Positions 25,663-38,836 of a stretch of 64,000 nucleotides of DNA are shown piece by piece (position 1 is the stretch's first letter; the number at the start of each line of letters is the position of its first letter). The stretch lies in the NCBI RefSeq assembly GCF_001194135.2, contig NC_068983.1, positions 98,754,927-98,818,926 on the forward strand, written 5' to 3'. The stretch is from Octopus bimaculoides (taxonomy: Eukaryota). The notes beneath the pieces are model-generated. The model saw only the letters and a program-made list of their open reading frames with translations, did no database searches and had not been told where the DNA came from. Both the position numbers and the translations under genes were made by a program.

Positions 25663-26368
25663 CTGAAACAGAGATGGGAGGGGGGTATTATAGACATTTG
25701 TAATCAATGACAAAATGTAACAGAATGGTGGTGGTGGTGGTGGTGATGATAATGATGATAACAGGGATGAGAGAGAAAGAGAGAGATAAAGGAAGATGAA
25801 TGGAGGAGGAGGGTGAGCGTGTTGGGCCTAACAGAGGCAATGTAGCCAATGCCGGTGTCATGTAACTAGCACCCGTGCTGGTGGCATGTAAGAAACACCT
25901 TTTGAGCATTGGGTTTCACGGAGGCAATGACAAATGACTGAGACCTTAGGCAATATGCTGTGCTTGAGTAGAAGAACCATGAAGCCAAGTGGAATCGTAG
26001 TCATGGCAGATAAGAGGTATTATGCAACTGGCACTTGTGCCAGTGGAATGTAAAAACACCCACTAAACTCTCAGAGTGGTTGGTGTTAGGAAGGCATCCA
26101 GCTGTAGAAACCATGCCAAATCAGACCTGAGTCTGGTGCAGCCCCTCAGCTTACCAGCCCTGGTCAAATCATTCAACCCATGGTAGCACAGACAACAGAT
26201 AATGATGATGATGATGATAATGAAAGAATGTGGGAGGCAAAAAATAAAAATAGAAGAGAAAGGGAAAAAAGACAGAGAAAGAAAGAGAGAGAGAGTGAGA
26301 GAAAGAGAAGGTGATAGAGAGATTAGAAACCCTGCCACCATAAACAATACAGTATTAACGTAACTTAC

Positions 26369-26483
26369 CAGCATTAACAATATGGTCGAGAGCTCCAAGG
26401 GATCGTAGCTCATTCTTGAAGACATCTGAAGCATTACGAGATGCAGCTATAGTCAACAATGATTCCATTGCCAAATTACCCGT
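26369..26483 (-). CDS. WAPL: WAPL exon C: [38 protein letters not shown](V)
   Basis: Acceptor ctttactttcag, donor GTAAGT; 115 nt, phase 0 to 1. Aligns to human [35 protein letters not shown]. Confidence 0.93.
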
Positions 26484-27287
26484 CTGAAAGTAAAGGCGAT
26501 TCCATTATCAAAATGAATCTCAGTATAGTGATGGTAGGACAGACTGGTCTACTTAGTGACATTAGGAGACACAGAAAAGAAATTTTAATTATAATCAAGA
26601 TATGGTAGAGAAATAATATTGGATAATGATTAAATAAATACTGTATAATAGCAAGCAGATAAATGCCCAAGCAAAGGTACCATGAGCCAAGGAGATAATC
26701 TCTAACTTGACATGTTAGAAATAGTAGTCATATCTCAATAGATAGATAATCTTTCAACCTACTACCACATGGGGTTGATATGTAACTGTATCTATAGATG
26801 GGTCCTCTGGTATCTCTGAAGACTAAGATCAAACCTATTGTACCTACACAGTAACTGATCCTTTCTTTTACTTGTTTCAGTCATTAGACTGTGGCCATGC
26901 TGGGGCACCACCTTGAAGAATTTTTAGTTGAATGAATTGACCCCAGCACTTTTTTTTCAAAGACTGATACTTATTCTATTGGCCTCTTTTGGCTGAACTG
27001 CTAAGTTATGGGGACATAAACAAATCAACACTGGTTGCCAAGAGGTGATAGGGGACAAACACACATACCCACAGGAGTTTGGTAAGTGGAAACACATGAA
27101 GCTCTTGGACCTTGAGTCACTCTGTTACTTTTGCTAAATATTAATATGAATTTCCAGCTGTAGAAACTCTGCCAAATCAGATTGGAGCCTGGTGTAGCCA
27201 TCTGGTTTCACCAGTCCACAGTTAAATCGTTCAACCCATGCTAGCATGGAAAGCGGACATTAAACGATGATGATGATGATGATGATG

Positions 27288-27322
<35 letters not shown>

Positions 27323-27939
27323 ATGAGCTTCTTTAAGTTTCCTTCCACCAAATCCACTCACAAAGCTTGGTTGGCTTGGGGCTGTAGTAGAAGACACTTT
27401 CCCAAGGTGTCACACAGTGGGACTGAACCCAGAATCATGTGGTTAGGAAGCAAGCTTCATACCACATTGCCACACCTGAGCCTGGAGCCACACCTATTTA
27501 TACAATTTCCTCAACTATTGATAATTTTTCCAACATAGATAGATGGAAACTGACAAAACCTGTCATACATATATATCTGTGTGTGGGTGTCTGTGTTGTT
27601 TCCTACCATGACTTGACAACTGGTGTTGGTTGGTTTACCAAAGAACTAGTACCAGGCTTGAAAAATAAGAACAAGGGGTCAATTTGTTTGACTAAACACT
27701 TCAAGGCAGTGCTCCAGCTTGGCTGTAGCCCAATGACTGAGACAATCAAGAGATAAGAGATAAATAGGTGCAAGCCTAGCTGTGTGGTTAAGACCCTCAC
27801 TCTGCAACCATGTCTTGGGTTCAGTCCCACTGCACAACATCTTGGGCAAGTGTTTTCTACTTCTACTATATCCCTAGGCTGAACAATGTCTTGTGAGTGA
27901 ATTTGGTAGACAGAAACTAAAAGAAGTCTGTCATATATA

Positions 27940-27995
<56 letters not shown>

Positions 27996-29822
27996 CATTT
28001 GTCACCCTACTTCTCACTATTTGACAAGTGGTGTTGATTTGTAACTTAGCAGTTCAGCAAAAGATATTAACAAAATAAGTCCCAGATATGAAATAGGAAA
28101 AAAAAAAAAAAAAAATGGCATCCCAGTATGGCCACAATTCAATGATAGAAACAAGTAAAACACAAAAGCTAAAAAAAAATAACACCATACACACAGAAAA
28201 ACACCACTTAAACTTAACTAAAAATAATCTGTAAGAATGAACTGTCATGTATTGAACTAATGAATATAACAAATGGTGTATATTTGTTAAATAATGAAAA
28301 ACCGCCAATCACATGGCATTTATAAGTTTTATGTGGACCTGTCTGTTTTTTTTTTTTTAAATATATATTGCAATTAAAATAAACCGAGACACACAATTGA
28401 TTCCATTGCTACAGGATCACAGTTGATGTTGTTACCCCTTTTTATACATTCTGCCATTGGTTGTGCTTCTGCTAAGGCGAAATAGAAATTCACAGCTTTC
28501 AGCTATTTGATCCTTGTTCCTATACTGGTGCTTATGAAATACGCAAAATTACAAAACTCGACATGAACTGAGGATGCATTTTATAACCTGAAAGTTGTTG
28601 TTCAGCAGCAATTTAACTCTAACAGAGCAAGCTTATGATCAAAATTGATCCATCTATGACCACCCTCTCCTTATGTTTTTTTTTTCTTTTATGTCTTTTA
28701 AAGATGATAGTATGTGATTTCAATGAATAACTTCTATTTCTAATAGGTCAAGCAGCCACGTAGAGACTTACAAATTGGTTCAAAATTAGTGAGTACTAAT
28801 AGATCAGTGCATGCATTAATACAATGACTCAGCAATTAACTGCTGTGGGAGGAGTGGGGGTGGAGAGCACTGTCATCTACTAATATAATCCCATTAGTAG
28901 ATGATGGTGAATCATTATATTCATTATATCACAGTAGCAATTAGCCTTTCACCTCTCACATAAGAGGATATTGACATTAAATGATGAACTGATACAGCGA
29001 TCCTGTCATGCTATATAACTGAACACTGGCAATATAGAAATTTTTAACATATTCAGTAGGTATGGGTATGGGTATGTGGTTAAGAAACTTGCTTTGCAAC
29101 CATGTGATTTCAGGTTCAATCTCATTGCATGGCACCTCGGGTAATTATCATCTGCTATAATCCCAGGCTGACCAATGCCTTGTGAGTGAATTTGGTAGAC
29201 AGAAAACGAGGAAGACTGCTGCATTATATATATATACACACACATATATACATACACACACACACACATGTATGTAAGTATGTCTATGTGTGTGTCTTTG
29301 TGTCTGTGTTTGTCCCCCCACCACTGTTTGACAACTGGAGTTGGTCTGTTTACGGTCTGTAAACATTCCCATGACTTAGTGTTTTGACAAACAGAGAGAG
29401 AGTGTTTTCAGACATGATATTCCTCAAGAAAGATTGGTATATAAACTTCTTTCTGCAGTTAAGGGTAATGAAATTTTCAGTGGTCATATCTGATTTCTGC
29501 GGTAAAAGAATTAACCCTTTTGATACCAACCGATCTGAGACCACTCGAAGTTCTATGACATAAAGTTACAGTTTTAACATGGTCTAAATTATAATCTTCC
29601 ACCAAAATTTTATGTTAATTTGTTCCAGACTACAACTTATGAATGAAAAAGTTATTTTACTAAATTCTTCATTATTTAAAAAATTAAATGAAACAAACGC
29701 GGCATATGTTGACAGAAATATGGTAACAGAAGGGCTAAACTGATTAAGTATTACCTTGAGAAACAAAACATGAAAGAAAATTTTTAAAAATAAGAAAAGA
29801 ATTTGGAAGTGGAAATACTTAC

Positions 29823-30050
29823 TGATATAGACTCGAGATCAATTTGTTTGGCCATTCCTATTTTATGACATTCTTTGTACAATTCCATCACTTTATCTTT
29901 CATCCGGACATATTCAGTGTTTTCTAAATCACTGTCACTCTCCATTTCCAGTAACTGCACAATAAGACTAAGTGTGTCCTGGCCAACATCGTAGCTGAGT
30001 CGGTCACGCATTAACATAAACATTAGGGTTGCTGTGCTCAATGCTAAACT
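29823..30050 (-). CDS. WAPL: WAPL exon B: SLALSTATLMFMLMRDRLSYDVGQDTLSLIVQLLEMES...KQIDLESIS
   Basis: Acceptor tttcttttag, donor GTAAGT; 228 nt, phase 0 to 0. Aligns to human [37 protein letters not shown]...HLDLENIT. Confidence 0.93.
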
Positions 30051-32117
30051 CTAAAAGAAAACAAAAACAAGACTAAAAAAACAACACGTACAAAACAACC
30101 CACTTTAGGACAAGTAATATCAATATTGATTTCTGGCAGAAATGTTAGCACGCTTAGTGGAATGCTTAGCAGTATTTTGTCTGTCTTTACGTTTTGAGTT
30201 CAAATTCTGATGAGGTCGACTTTGCCTTTCACCCTTTTGGGATCAATAAAATAAGTACCAGTTGTGTGTATTGAGGTTGGTCTAATCAACTGGACCCCTC
30301 TCCCAAAATTTTGGACCTTGTGCCAAGAGTAGAAAAGAATATCGATACTGATTTCTAATGCAGACAAAAGATAACACATTAGATAGAGAGAGAGAGAGAG
30401 AGAGAGAGAACAAGCAATTATATCAATAAAAGTAATTGACTGGTACTTATTTCATCATCCCTGGAAGGATGAAAGGCAAAGGTAATCGTGGCAAGATTTG
30501 AACTCAATGTAAAAATCATAACTAAATGCTGTAAGCCTTACACTCTACTTACTGATTCTATTAATCCAATACTCTTAAACATAATACTGATTTCTAACAT
30601 CGGCACAAAGCTAGAATTTTGGAGGAAACAGTAACGAATTAACTCAAACCCAGCATTATTTTTATCAACTCTGAAAGAATGAAAGATGAAGTTGACCTCA
30701 ACATGATTTGAACTTAGAACGTAAAGGACAATGAGAATAACTACCACAAAGTATATAACTGTTCTGCCAATCCACAGACCTGAAGGTAATGCAGGTACAA
30801 CATTAATGTTCTAGACACTGGTGGAGTGGAACCTATTATAATTTGTACAAATTTACAAGTAGGAACGTCAAACTCCTGTGGGCCACCAGACCAGTTTACT
30901 GGGCAGCTCTATTTTACAGTATTTTGCACAGTACAGTATTAATAAACTTAGACTGAGGAAGACATGGGATGAGGTGGAAAAATATGATCTCTGGATATTG
31001 AGTCTCAGGAAGGTGATGACAAGTGATCGAGACTTCTGACAATCTGCTGTGCCTGAGAAGATGTGCCACACTAATTGAAATCGTGGTCGTGGCTGGTGCT
31101 GGTAACACATAAAAGGCACCTGTGCCGGTGACATATAAAAGGTGCTTATGCCAGTGACACATAAAAGGCACCCAAGGCATCCAGTACACTCTATAGAGTG
31201 GTTGGCATTAGGAAGGGCATCCAGTTGTAGAAACCAAGCTTAAACAGACTGGAGCCTGGTGCAGCTCTCTAGCTTACCAGCTCCAGTCAAGCTGTCTAAC
31301 TCATGCCAGCATGGAAAATGGATGTTAAATGATTATGATGATGATGATGATGTCAGTATAAACAAATCCAGCATATCTAGTCACTAAAAACTAGGCTCTG
31401 TCTGAGCATCATAATACACTCTAATATGTAAGTTCATTAGAACACATTCTAACATGCCAGCACATTTAGAAAAATACTCCCAATTATGTTTAGACATTAG
31501 AAGATATTTTCACATGCCTGTGGTTATAAGAAAATACTCCAGTTGCTAATGAAATACTTCCAACATATCTGGACACTATAAAATAGTCCTGCATGTTTGA
31601 TAATACAAAATGTCTGATGGAGTATGGGAATCAAAATACAATATGAATAACAATGAGTTCCAAAATAGATTCACTTTAAAATTTAGCATAATATGATTTG
31701 GTTTTGGCTGCAAGCAACATTATCAATGTCATCAACTGGTGCTCTATGTTAGCAAAATACTGCAACAGCAGCAGCTCAATGAGAACAGGACTTTAAAAAA
31801 ACAATTTGTACATCTTTTATGTAGACATCATCTGTAACCATCAATGGTTACATTATAAATAAATAAAATAAAAATAAAAATCCCTGTATAGTATGTAAAA
31901 AAAACATAAATGGGATGAGAGGAATAAAAGACAGACAAATGGGTAATGTGAGGTTCTAACAGGTAGACAAACACTTGAAAAATAATGGACAAAGTGTAAA
32001 CACAAAAGTTGAGCACAAGAAATAGTAAGCTGGAAAAAAAGAAAAGCAGTAGACTCCCATTTCAGGTGAGCCCTTTGTCAAAATAGAGTAACAATCAAGA
32101 TAAAAGAAATGATACTT

Positions 32118-32365
32118 TTATAAATAATATATTTCTAAATCTCTCAGAGAAATTTATGCAGTAGCGATACGATGAAGTAGTTATATGCTGTCAACTTAAT
32201 GTGACAGTCCCCTGAAGGGAATAATACTACTGTTGGTTAGACCTAGGAAGCTGCACCGCTTCCTGTCGGCCTTGACAGGAAGCAGTGCAGCTTCCTAGGT
32301 CGAACCAACAGTAGTATTATTCCCTTCAGGGGACTGTCACATTAAGTTGACAGCATACAACTACT
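32118..32365. mobile_element. Fold-back retroelement insertion, copy 2 of the same family
   Basis: 92-bp inverted repeat with 3 mismatches (32176-32267 / 32274-32365), same left tail; TSD GAAATGATACTT / GAATTGATACTT (32106-32117, 32366-32377). Confidence 0.7.
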
Positions 32366-33072
32366 GAATTGATACTTATTTGACGGTATGGTAATTTGAT
32401 CTGCAATTTTTGATTAGGCATGCCATTCAGAAAGTCCTGTGAGGCCAGTGTTCACTCATGACTTCCCTACTGTTTTAATGACAAGCAAAGACACCTTGGA
32501 TAATGTAGTCCTTGACTGACTATGTCTGGCAGGTTAGTCAAGAGCTGTTAATATCTTTGATCCCTGAGGCTTGCTTTGTCAAGGCTGAGGTAGGGTTAAA
32601 CAATACTAGCAACAACTATAAAACAATGTTAAAAGAACATACACTACTACAATCCAATGATTAAATCTCCGTCTTAGTTGGTTCAGAAAGCATTTCTATC
32701 AATTCACCAGTTCTGATAGTATAACTTTTTAGCATTCAGATTACTCTGTTAAATGTATTCTTTATTTATTCCAGTTGATTTGGCTAGAACTGGCCTCTCA
32801 CACCCACTTTACAATGTCATTCCAAATATATATTATCACATCATTGAAATCTTGAATACAGGATTAATTCTAAACATTGTGAATAATTAAACATTATATT
32901 CAATAAAGAAATCTGAATGCTAAAGAGTTAATTACGCATTATCTTGTAGCTTCGAGAGTTCAGTAATGTGATTGTATAGTTTTAGAAGGGCATTGTATGG
33001 TAGGTGTGAGGGGTTGAATCTGGCTGGTTTGAACATAAAACATGCAGAATATTTGGACCTGATATGGCCAGT

Positions 33073-33290
33073 TTAACCCTTTAGCATTCAGATTACTCAG
33101 TTGAATGCATTGCTGTAATGCTTATTGACTCACATTGATTTTAGTTAATCATGCATCATCTCATAGATTTGACATTTTGATGATACGATTGTTTATTTTT
33201 AAAATGATAGGTGTGAGAGATCACACCTGCTGGTTTGAACAGGTAGAATACCTGGGCTGGATATGGCTGGTTTAAATGCTAAAGGGTTAA
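33073..33290. mobile_element. TTAA-flanked piggyBac-type MITE, family 1 (representative copy)
   Basis: TTAA-CCCTTTAGCATT ... AATGCTAAAGGG-TTAA. Related copies at roughly 3240-3430, 5780-6205, 10705-10920, 11590-11800, 32723-33076, 40320-40475, 41783-42004, 50133-50352, 51815-52045, 56930-57305. Confidence 0.75.
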
Positions 33291-33498
33291 TTTCATCATC
33301 ATCTACTGTCTGTTGTCCATGCTGGCATGGGTTGGATGGTGTGACCAAAGCTGGCAAGCTGGGGGGGGGGGATGCACCAGACGCGAGTCTGATTTGGCAT
33401 GGTTTCTATGGCTGGATGCCCTTCCTAATGCCAATCACTATAGAGAATGTGCTGGATGCTTTTGTGACATTGTACAGATGCTTTTTCGTGATGTCGCA

Positions 33499-33735
33499 TG
33501 GGTGCTTTTACGTAACACCGAATGGGCACTTTTATGTAGCACCGAATGGGCACTTTTATGTGGCATCGAATGGGCACTTTTATGTGGCACCGAATGGGCA
33601 CTTTTACATGGTACTGAATGGTTGCTTTTATGTGGCACCAAATGGATGTTTTTACATGGCACTAAATGGGTGCCTTTATGTAGCACTGCATGGATGCTTT
33701 AATGTGGCACCAACTGGGTGCTTTTATGTAACACC
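33499..33735. repeat. 24-bp minisatellite, about 10 units (CACTTTTATGTGGCACCGAATGGG)
   Basis: Tandem periodicity seen directly; produces the 8-aa periodic ORFs in the track. Confidence 0.9.
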
Positions 33736-34145
33736 TTCTCTAAAACTAAATATTTACCTGATCCCTTAACTGTCAATTAATTTTAGGTTCTACCCAAAAC
33801 TATCTTACCAGACTGAAGAGGCTAATTTTCTTAACTGCACTTGTTCACTACTTCCAATATTATCATGTTATAACATTCTTTCACTTCTTTATCATCTTCT
33901 GTCAGCAGTAACCATGATCAAATATAGTGATAATCAACACTGTCAAGTGTAACTGAGATAAACACTATCTATGAACACTCCTGTCAGTTGTAACTAAAAA
34001 TCAATGGGATCAAGTTACAACCTATAACACTGTCTGTCTGATATAACCAGTCACTTTTCCCAGATGCAACTAGGATCAATCTTATCAATAACATCTACAA
34101 CTTGTCAGATGTAGCAATGATCTCACCTGTCACTGGTAGCTATGG

Positions 34146-34374
34146 TTAACCTTTTCGTTACTAATCCGGCTGAAACTGGCTCTGGCTCTGAGTACAAATG
34201 TCTTGTTTTCATAAGTTTTGAATTAAAATCTTCCACTAAACCTTAGTCACAATTTATGTTCCTAATACTAGCTTAATGATAACTAAGTTATTTTACTAAA
34301 TTCTTTGTTATACTTAAAGTTAACTGAAAGAAACACAGAGCATCTCAAAATAAATACGGTAACGAAAGGGTTAA
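34146..34374. mobile_element. TTAA-flanked piggyBac-type MITE, family 2 (representative copy)
   Basis: TTAA-CCTTTTCGTTAC ... GTAACGAAAGGG-TTAA. Related copies near 2200-2750, 2817-3050, 29510-29740. Confidence 0.75.
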
Positions 34375-35514
34375 TTACTATCAGTTATTCTTTTATTTGT
34401 CTGTCATTTGACTGTGGCCATGCTGGAGCACCACTTTTAGTCGAGCAAATCGACCCCAGGACTTATTCTTTGGATGCCTAGTACTTATTCTATCGGTCTC
34501 TTTTGCCGAACCACTAAGTTACAGGGACGTAAACACAGCATTGGTTGTCAAGGGATGTGGGGGGGGGCATACAGACACCCAAACATATACACACACACAC
34601 ATATGCATATATACGATGGGCTTTTTTCAGTTTCCGTCTACCAAATCCACTCACAAGGCTTTGGTTGGCCCGAGGCTATAGTGGAAAGACACTTGCCTAA
34701 AGTGCCACACACTGGGAGTGAACCCAGAACCATGTGGTTTGTAAGCAAGCTACTTACCACACAGCCACTCCTATGCCTATGATCAATATTCTTAGCTAGA
34801 ATTACGATACCTCCCAGTAAAGACATGAAACTCAGTGTTTAGGGTGTTGAACTTATGATCATAAGATTGTGGTTTTAATTCCTGGATTAGGCAACATGTT
34901 GTGTTCTTGAGCAAAACACTTCATTTCATGTTGCTCCAGTCCAATCAGCTGGCAAAAATGAGTAATCCTGCAACGGACTGGATTCAGGGAGGGAATATAT
35001 ATGCCATGAAACTGGCCCTTATGAGTTGGTATGACTCCAGAAGGTAACTTTACTTTACCATAAGGTGTTGCTTTGAGAGTTTCTCTTGTATAAGAATAGA
35101 TCAATATGGCTAGTTGTAACTATAACAACATGTATCTTTGAGAGCTTGTGTCAGATGTAGCTATAAGCACTAATGTTAGTTATTATGAGCACTTATGACT
35201 GTTGTAACTATGATCAATACTATGATTGATACTGCCAGATATAACCATAATGTCTTATCAGATGTAGCTTTGGTCAAAACTGTCTGTAAAAACCTTGCCA
35301 AAACTGACCTTGCCTGTCCTCATGTCACGTAAAAAGCACTCTGTCCACTCTATGGAGTGGTCGGTGTTAGGAGGGGTATTCAGCCATAAAAACCATGCCA
35401 AAATAGACACAGATGTCTGGTGTAGTCTTCTGCCTGGCCAGCTCTTGTTGAACTGTTCAACTCATGCCAGCATGGAAGGCAGACATTAAACAATGATGGT
35501 GATGCTGATGATGA

Positions 35515-35965
35515 ATATTGGGTTCTGACCAAAAGAGCATGGTTGCAAATACAAGTGGCAGAAATGAGGTTTCTTCTGAAGGATCTCTGGAGTAATGTTA
35601 CTTGACAGGGATCAAGGAGTCTCTTCAGGTTGAGACACTACTTCAATGCACTGAGAGGTCACAGCTTTGGTGCTATGGACATGTGATGGACAATCATTTC
35701 TCACCTATGGACCCCTTTGACTACTATTTTAGAACATCACAGGGTAAAAAAACCAAAACAAAAAAATCAAATGTAAGAGAGGATTCTTCTAGCTGAGTTG
35801 ACTGGCAGGAGACCTAGGAGTCGACCAACAATGAGATGGCTGGATAATATCCATGGTCATGCTTGGGCATCCAGCTAGAAAATCTAATGGCAGTTACTTC
35901 TGATAGTATTTTATGGAGGAGATGACTAACGTCTCTACCCTACCACCCGTGACCCTTCCAGGAAT
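35515..35965 (+). mobile_element. Decayed RTE LINE 3' ORF fragment
   Basis: Remnant motifs IQVAEMRFL, IKESLQVETLL..ERSQLW.YGHV, TGRRPRSRP.MRWLD; interrupted by a short hAT-MITE-like piece near 35695-35735. Confidence 0.7.
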
Positions 35966-36159
35966 AGTATAGGTAGAGAAGATGGATGGATGGGTAAATA
36001 ATGTTAGTAGCAGTCTTGATCAATATTGTTAGGTGTAGTTATGAACACTTCTGTGTCGGAGCTACCTAGAATAACATTTTAGTGTGGTAGCAATAACTTC
36101 AACAATATTTTCAGTTTGTGGGGACAGCTAAGCTGTAGGATCAAGCACCAACTCTAAAG

Positions 36160-36512
36160 GGTAAAAAAAGGTAAAGAAACCCTTCGGTCATGAATGACCA
36201 TGGGATTGCACCAAGAAAGTTACCTTCAGAGGATCAAGTCCAAGCAAAGTCGTTTATGGAAGACCAGCAGTTGCCCATGCATACCAGCCTCCCCTCTTCA
36301 TGTCACTGATATTATCCCTAAGAAAAGCAAAGGCCGATACAGCTTGGCACCTATGATGTCACAACTCATTTCTACAGCTGAGTGAACTGGAGCAATATGA
36401 ATTAAAGTGTCTTGCTCAAGAACACAATACAACAGCCCAGTCCAGGGAATTGATCTTACTACTCCATGGTTGTGAGCCCAACACTCTAACCATTGAGCCA
36501 TGTGCCTTCACT
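36160..36512 (-). mobile_element. Full-length tRNA-derived SINE with CORE-like body (type C)
   Basis: Head TGGCTCAATGGTTAG; body TGTGTTCTTGAGCAAGACACTT...CACTCAGCTGTAGAAATGAG; (TTTACC)-type tail; 15-bp TSD GCACCAA(C/T)TCTA(A/C)AG. Partial relatives at about 34835-35060 and 37390-37500. Confidence 0.75.
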
Positions 36513-36818
36513 GCACCAATTCTACAGTATAAACAAACATACAGTACTGAATATATCACTATATATATATACAATATAAACACACAGGTAGGACACAATG
36601 CACTACTACATATAAGGTGAACATATATGTACAGTTCAACACATCAGTGTATATAGTATAAACATGTATCACTCAACATACTACAACCCAAAGAGGAAGT
36701 GTACATGTACAATCCTATCACACTATGTACAGCTCTGTATGATGTGTACACATGATATGTACAGATCTAAATGTAACTATAGATAGCATTTTACCTACGA
36801 ATACATATAGCACTAGAT

Positions 36819-37164
36819 CAGTGGTTCTCAATCATTTCTCACCTATGGACTCCTTTGATTACTATTTTACTCTGGTGTCCCCGCCCCATAGCCATTTGAT
36901 GTTTAAAAATTAGTTTTAGAGATACTTCCTTTAAAATTCCTATTTTGTTTTTCACACAATAACTTGTGTAGGTTGAACTACTTTAGAGAAAGGAACCTTG
37001 CTGTTTCTTGTCATAAATACATCTAGAGCAAAATTTATTTATGGACCCTTAATATTCTACTGTGAATCCCCAACTTACTATTTTGCTTGCACAGACCTCC
37101 CACACCACTCAAATCTTATATGGCTCTCACTAGGGATCATATGGACTCCGGTTGAGAGTCACTG
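36819..37164. mobile_element. hAT (Charlie-like) MITE
   Basis: Termini CAGTGGTTCTCAATC / GGTTGAGAGTCACTG and a perfect 8-bp TSD CACTAGAT (36811-36818, 37165-37172). Confidence 0.88.
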
Positions 37165-37667
37165 CACTAGATGAATCTATGTATTATTATCAGATAAATG
37201 GTGACAATATCAGTCAGTAACAATCTATATTGTCTAATACACCAGGCCAATGAATTCTGCTTTTCTTCTTGTTTCAAATCCAAGAGAACTGTTCAATAAA
37301 TACTATGAGCATTGATGGAATTTAAATGTAAAAAAAAAAATCCATAGAGTGGGTAGTGTGGGAGAATGGAACACAGCAGTGCTGTTATCTACAGGGGTTT
37401 ACTTATTACATCATGATTGTAAGATTGTGGTTTCAATTCCCAGATTAGGCAGTTTGTTGTGTTCTTGAGGAAAATACTTCATTTCATGTTGTACTGCAAT
37501 CACTTTGACACCTCTGTACAAGGAAATGTCGATCTGATGGAGGGAGTGAGCTTAAGGTACAACACAAACATTTGATCACTATAAACAAATCTGTGCTGAA
37601 GCATCCTTATCTGTCTTTTACAAAAGAGCAGTCCACCACCCGCACACACAAGTGCACATGCACATAT

Positions 37668-37984
37668 GGCACTGGCACTCTGAGGGTTCCAGTTGATCCG
37701 ATCAATGAAACTGCCTGCTTGGGAAATTAACATGTAAGTGGCTAAGTACTCCAAAGACATGTGTACCCATAACATAGTTCTCAAGGAGATTCAGTGTGGC
37801 ACAGTGTGACAAGGCTGGCTCTTTGAAATATAGGTACTACTCATTTTTACCAGCTGAGTTGACTGGAACAATAATGGGAAATAAAATATTTTGCTTAAGG
37901 ACACAACATGTCAGCAGGAATTGAACTCGCGACCTTACATTCATAAGGCAAATACCCCTAACCACTAAGCCACACACCTTCATG
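37668..37984 (-). mobile_element. tRNA-derived SINE (type B), mosaic of types A and C
   Basis: Head TGGCTTAGTGGTTAG..GAGTTCAATTCC; CORE-like middle like type C; 3' ~150 bp like type A (GCCAGCCTTGTCA...GATCAACTGGAACCCTC). Confidence 0.7.
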
Positions 37985-38729
37985 CATATACATTTAAAGT
38001 ATTTCACATGTGTACAGTTAGATGTATAGCTGTTACTGGAAAATTTAGAGCATTCTGTGTCAACACAGTGTAATAAAGTGCTCCCATGAAAAACTGCTTT
38101 GGTACAGCATCCAATTGTACTATGAATACCTATTGCAGAAGATATATGTTTAAGGATTGTTAATATTTGAAAAATTCTGGCATCACCATTCACCAAAGAA
38201 TCAATGGTATGCTGAGATGAAATATCAGTCAGTAAAACATAAGAACGAAAACTATTAAGTGATTTGTTGACTCTAATATTGTATTGCCATCTTTTTTTTT
38301 TATGTCCACTTTTCCAGGTTGGCATGAGTTAGACAGGATATTTTTAATGCTATGTTTTATGGCTAGATGCCCTTCCTGATGCCAACATTTTTAGTTGCCT
38401 CTTATGATATACTCATATTTTGAGTTCTATTTTTCCTGTTTGCATCAACATACCCATCCACACACACACATCATGTTAAGACCACCTGTGCTGGTGCTAT
38501 GTATAAATCACTGGTGCTGTAGTACCACTTAAAAAACACCCAGTACACTCTGTAAAGGAATTGGCATTTGGAAAGGCATCCAACCATAGAAACCATGCCA
38601 AAACAGACAATTGGAGCCTGGACAGCTCTGCATTTATCAGCTCCTATCAAACTGTCTAACCCATGGAAAATGGAAGTATGATGATGATGATGATGATATA
38701 TATATATATATATATATATCACCATCATC

Positions 38730-38768
<39 letters not shown>

Positions 38769-38836
38769 TGTATAGTGTACTGCTCTGTGATGGTAGGATC
38801 AACAAAAAATGTACTTCAACTGGTGGGAGATAAATA

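Noticed and set aside
33499-33735. Regularly spaced repeats that could suggest a CRISPR array or repeat protein
   Set aside because: No unique spacers; plain tandem minisatellite in a eukaryotic retroposon.
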